A stretch of DNA of 64,000 nucleotides from an uncultured delta proteobacterium. Its GTDB lineage: Bacteria > Desulfobacterota > RBG-13-43-22. The DNA lies in assembly GCA_963790475.1 (NCBI GenBank), contig CAWBOS010000012.1, positions 960,001 through 1,024,000 of the forward strand, read 5' to 3'. This document shows positions 60,645-64,000 of the stretch, piece after piece (positions within the stretch are counted from its first letter, which is position 1; each line of letters begins with the position of its first letter). A program made the position numbers and the translations under genes. Below the pieces are notes generated by a model, which did no database searches, was not told the DNA's origin, and was given only the letters and a program-made list of their open reading frames with translations.

Positions 60645-61438
60645 TTCACCTCTCCTTGATTTATCCGCACGATACGATTTACAAAGATTCCCGGTGTAAC
60701 GATGGATTCGGGGTCCAGTTCCCCTGGATTCACAATTTCATCCACTTCAACAATGGTTATTGTGGCTGAGGTCGCGATCAGAGGGTTAAAACTTCTTGAA
60801 GAACCCCGGTAGATCAGATTCCCCAGCAGATCGGCCTTATAGGCCCTGACAAAGCCGATATCAGCCTTGAGCGGTGTTTCAAAAATATAGTCTCGACCCT
60901 GGATATTTCTCTTTTCCTTGCCTTCCTGATAAACGGTATCCACCCCAACCGGGCTGTAAAACCCGCCTAGTCCGGCTCCCCCGGCCCTGATTCTCTCGGC
61001 CAGCGTTCCCTGAGGTACGATTTCCAGTTGAATATCGCCCTTTTTGACCGCCTTTTCCAGGGGAGATTCAATTCCCATGACCGACGTGCCCGCCCATGAA
61101 GTGATCGCTTTTTTTACCTGGCCGTTTTCAATTAAGATGGCCGGTGTTGTATAGCTTTGACCCAGGATAAGTGAATATAACCCCGGGGCGTTGATTCTCT
61201 CCCTTAGTCCGGGTATATCCTCAGATGACTTTTCTTGATATTCCAGCATCCCCACTCCGGATATCTGTCCCAGGTTACAGCCAATAAGGGTTAAGTCCTT
61301 GGCCCCCTGCTCTTTAAGCGCTTTAATCAGCTTTTGGGCAATACCACCAGGGCCGCTAAAAGAGTGAAGCATAATGGTGGAGCCGTCCGGGATATCGGCC
61401 ACAGCTTCTATGAAAGTCCTGAATACTTTGTTTTTCAT
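60641..61438 (-). CDS. 3-oxoacid CoA-transferase subunit A
   Basis: PQGTLAERIRAGGAG, GNLIYR, FNPL, TPGIFV. Confidence 0.93.
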   Translation of the reverse strand: MKNKVFRTFIEAVADIPDGSTIMLHSFSGPGGIAQKLIKALKEQGAKDLTLIGCNLGQISGVGMLEYQEKSSEDIPGLRERINAPGLYSLILGQSYTTPAILIENGQVKKAITSWAGTSVMGIESPLEKAVKKGDIQLEIVPQGTLAERIRAGGAGLGGFYSPVGVDTVYQEGKEKRNIQGRDYIFETPLKADIGFVRAYKADLLGNLIYRGSSRSFNPLIATSATITIVEVDEIVNPGELDPESIVTPGIFVNRIVRINQGEVK

Positions 61439-63141
61439 TTCAATTGTTCTCTCAGCTCTCGCTTGAGAACCTTTCCGGCGGCGCTTACGGGAATCTCGTT
61501 TATAAAAATCACCTCTCTGATTTTTTTGTAGGCAGCCACCTCGCTATTTAAAAATTGCATCACTTCCTCACGGGTGACCTCCTCACCCGGAGCGAGCTTC
61601 AGGAAGGCGACCGGAATCTCCCCCGCATCCGAATCGGGTTTACCGACCACAGCACATTGTTCAACAGCCGGATGCCGGAAGAGAATCTCTTCCAGTTCCC
61701 TTGGATAGACGTTGTAGCCCTTGTAGATGATCATGTCCTTCAGTCTGTCTGTAATAAAAAGGTAGCCCTCTTCATCCATTTTGCCGATGTCACCGGTATG
61801 AAGCCATCCATCCTTCAGTACCTCCGCTGTGGCCTCCGGTTTGTTGTAATACCCTTTCATGACCTGAGGACCTTTGATCAAAACCTCACCTTCCTGTCCG
61901 GGAGGAAGTTCATTCCCTGTGGTGACTTCTACAATCTTGACTTCGGTATCGAAAACCGGCAGACCGACAGATCCAACCCGTGCGCCGGCTGCGCTGAGAG
62001 GCGTCATCGTGGCGCCCATAGTACACTCGGTCAAGCCATATCCTTCGCTGATGTATTCCACTCCGAAAGCTCCGGTAAGTTTTTCAATTATCGCCACGGG
62101 CAAGGGTGCGGCACCTGAACCGGCAAACCTTACGTAGGAAAGGTCATGTTTCTCAAAATCCGGATGATTGATCATGGGAATATACAACTGCGGGGCGCCG
62201 CCGATATAGGTCGCCTTGTATTTGACGATGGCATCCATATACTCTTTCGCATCAAACCTCGGCAGGACCACCATGGTATTTCCCATAAATATCTGGGCAT
62301 TGAGATACCCTACGGTTCCCATGGCATGAAACCAGGGCACCACAACAATAGAGGTTTCCTCATCCCGTCGTATCGGCAATTCTGATAGGAGAACACCGTC
62401 GGGGTATATCGCTTCCCATACCCCGTCTATTTCCTGCACCACAGCGCCGCTGGCCCAGTTGCCGAATTGAAGGACATTGGCCTCGACGTTGGCATGCGTG
62501 AGAACAACGCCTTTTGAAAGTCCAGTGGTACCTCCGGTATAGGCCAGGTGGGCCACATCGTTAGCGGTATCGATATCCACCTGACCGGTGAAAGGCTGGT
62601 ATTTTTTTAAGAGAGGGGCCATATCGGTGGTGTCCGGCACATCCACTTTGGCCAAGGGTTTGAGCGGAGCGGTGATCGGATTGAAACAGTCAGCAATGCT
62701 GGTGGTGATCACCCGTTTAACCTCGGTCTGCGGAATAGCCGAAGCCATACCGGGGTAAAGAAGATCCAGTGTAATTAAGGTTTCAGCCCGGCAATCATTA
62801 AGCTGATAGGTGAATTCTCTGGGTGAAAGAAGAGGACTGAGAGGCGTAAAAACCGCACCGATTCTCATGATGCCGTAATAGGCAATGGCGAATTGGGGGC
62901 AGTTCACCAGATGAATAGAAACCCGGTCTCCCTTTTTAACTCCCAGATCAAGAAGGGCGGAGGCGAAACGTTCGGCAAGCTCCTTGAGTTCGGCATAGGT
63001 GATTTCCGTTCCGGCGAATATGATGGCCAGTCGATTGGGGACCCTTCTTGCGGTTTGTTCCAGGATGTTAAAAATAGGTTTTCCCGGATAAAATTGATTT
63101 CTGGGAAAGCCCTTCGGCCAGGCGTTGAAGTTCTTAGACAT
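61435..63141 (-). CDS. Long-chain fatty acid-CoA ligase
   Basis: YTGGTTGLSKG, GYGLTE, TGDIG, GKVLKRELR; start MSKNF after aggagg. Confidence 0.93.
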   Translation of the reverse strand: MSKNFNAWPKGFPRNQFYPGKPIFNILEQTARRVPNRLAIIFAGTEITYAELKELAERFASALLDLGVKKGDRVSIHLVNCPQFAIAYYGIMRIGAVFTPLSPLLSPREFTYQLNDCRAETLITLDLLYPGMASAIPQTEVKRVITTSIADCFNPITAPLKPLAKVDVPDTTDMAPLLKKYQPFTGQVDIDTANDVAHLAYTGGTTGLSKGVVLTHANVEANVLQFGNWASGAVVQEIDGVWEAIYPDGVLLSELPIRRDEETSIVVVPWFHAMGTVGYLNAQIFMGNTMVVLPRFDAKEYMDAIVKYKATYIGGAPQLYIPMINHPDFEKHDLSYVRFAGSGAAPLPVAIIEKLTGAFGVEYISEGYGLTECTMGATMTPLSAAGARVGSVGLPVFDTEVKIVEVTTGNELPPGQEGEVLIKGPQVMKGYYNKPEATAEVLKDGWLHTGDIGKMDEEGYLFITDRLKDMIIYKGYNVYPRELEEILFRHPAVEQCAVVGKPDSDAGEIPVAFLKLAPGEEVTREEVMQFLNSEVAAYKKIREVIFINEIPVSAAGKVLKRELREQLK

Positions 63142-63263
63142 GGGAAACCTCCTTCTTAAAGTTGGCATAAAGTACAGGGCAGCAAAAAAGAAATCATTTT
63201 AAACCCAATTTTATCCCCGGCAGATAGTCAGATTAATTATAACTTTTTTTTAAGAAAAACAGG

Positions 63264-63371
63264 ATGCCCTCCTTCCCTCCATGGTTTGAAAAACAGGCCA
63301 CGATCCGGTTATCCATCTCGCAGGGGAAGCTGCACCTGTTCGACCCGGAAACGAAAAAGAGGATCGATTGA
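63264..63371 (+). pseudogene. C-terminal remnant of a MalK/UgpC-type ABC ATPase
   Basis: ...IRLSISQGKLHLFDPETKKRID* resembles the TOBE tail LHLFDxETGxRI. Confidence 0.5.
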
Positions 63372-63385
63372 ACCTCACAAAAATA

Positions 63386-64000
63386 TCATAATCCAAAATC
63401 TTTCAATTCCTGCAGGAGAATTTTCAAAGCGCCCTCGACCTCAGACCCTGCCTTTTTTAAAGGCATCCTTGGTTCACCCCCAAAATAACCTTGCAGGTCC
63501 ATGACCGCCTTTAATCCGCCGATCCCATAAGTAGCCGTCACCGCTTTGGCAATGGGGGTGAGCCGATTCTGCAGGTCCAGAGCTTCGGCACATTTCCCCT
63601 CTCTATAAAGATCCAAAATTCCGGTGCATAAATCAGGGAGGGCATTGGCTACGGCCAGGATGCCCCCCTTCGCACCGACACACAAGGCGGGGAAAAGGAC
63701 CGGTGCCGAGCCGACGAAAACATCAAAGTCCTTATCGGACAGGTGGATGATCTGACTGAGCTGTTCTATATTTCCCGAACTGTCCTTGGCTCCCAAAATG
63801 TTGGGGTGTCGGGAAAGCCGGGCGACCAATGAAGGCTCTAAGTTAACCCCGGTAAACTGGGGGACATTATAGACCAGAATGGGAATACGGGAGGCCTCAG
63901 CCACAGCCCAAAAATGATCATAAAGAACCTGGGGAGTCATCGATCCTTTAAAGTAATAAGGGGTCACCACCAAGGCCAGGTCAGCACCCAGACTGGCCGC
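63386..64000 (-). CDS. DHDPS/NAL-family aldolase (5' end outside the window)
   Basis: VVTPYY, VYNVPQFTG, GAKDSSG. Confidence 0.9.
   Translation of the reverse strand, partial: AASLGADLALVVTPYYFKGSMTPQVLYDHFWAVAEASRIPILVYNVPQFTGVNLEPSLVARLSRHPNILGAKDSSGNIEQLSQIIHLSDKDFDVFVGSAPVLFPALCVGAKGGILAVANALPDLCTGILDLYREGKCAEALDLQNRLTPIAKAVTATYGIGGLKAVMDLQGYFGGEPRMPLKKAGSEVEGALKILLQELKDFGL

Overview
This 64-kb window is from an anaerobic bacterium, most likely Desulfobacterota/Deltaproteobacteria. That assignment is inferred from DUF4881- and GSU3473-like genes, tungsten/molybdenum AORs, IorAB and the style of the intergenic repeats. Bases 1-54.4 kb are a long, almost entirely + strand catabolic region. 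It holds an oligopeptide-type ABC importer with two binding proteins, CoA ligase, acyl-CoA dehydrogenases, four crotonases, thiolase, a four-part biotin-dependent carboxylase, BKACE, a TPP enzyme, two AORs, IorAB and hydrolases. REP/MITE and 7-9-mer repeats and several collapsed or frameshifted genes are scattered through it. Bases ~54.5-60 kb are an AT-rich accessory stretch, and 60-64 kb is a minus-strand CoA-ligase/CoA-transferase operon. Best findings: (1) a hidden MerB (organomercurial lyase)-fold gene, 58372-59064, split by the ORF track, with in-frame TGA codons at both catalytic Cys positions, each followed by a SECIS-like hairpin, i.e. a probable double selenoprotein with no mer operon nearby; (2) a family of about 7 repeated non-coding modules (promoter / AAC-rich leader / SD / micro-ORF / terminator) at 50.4-59.8 kb; (3) two carboxyltransferase paralogues with reciprocally degenerate active-site halves. 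All family assignments are motif recognition by eye; no searches were run.
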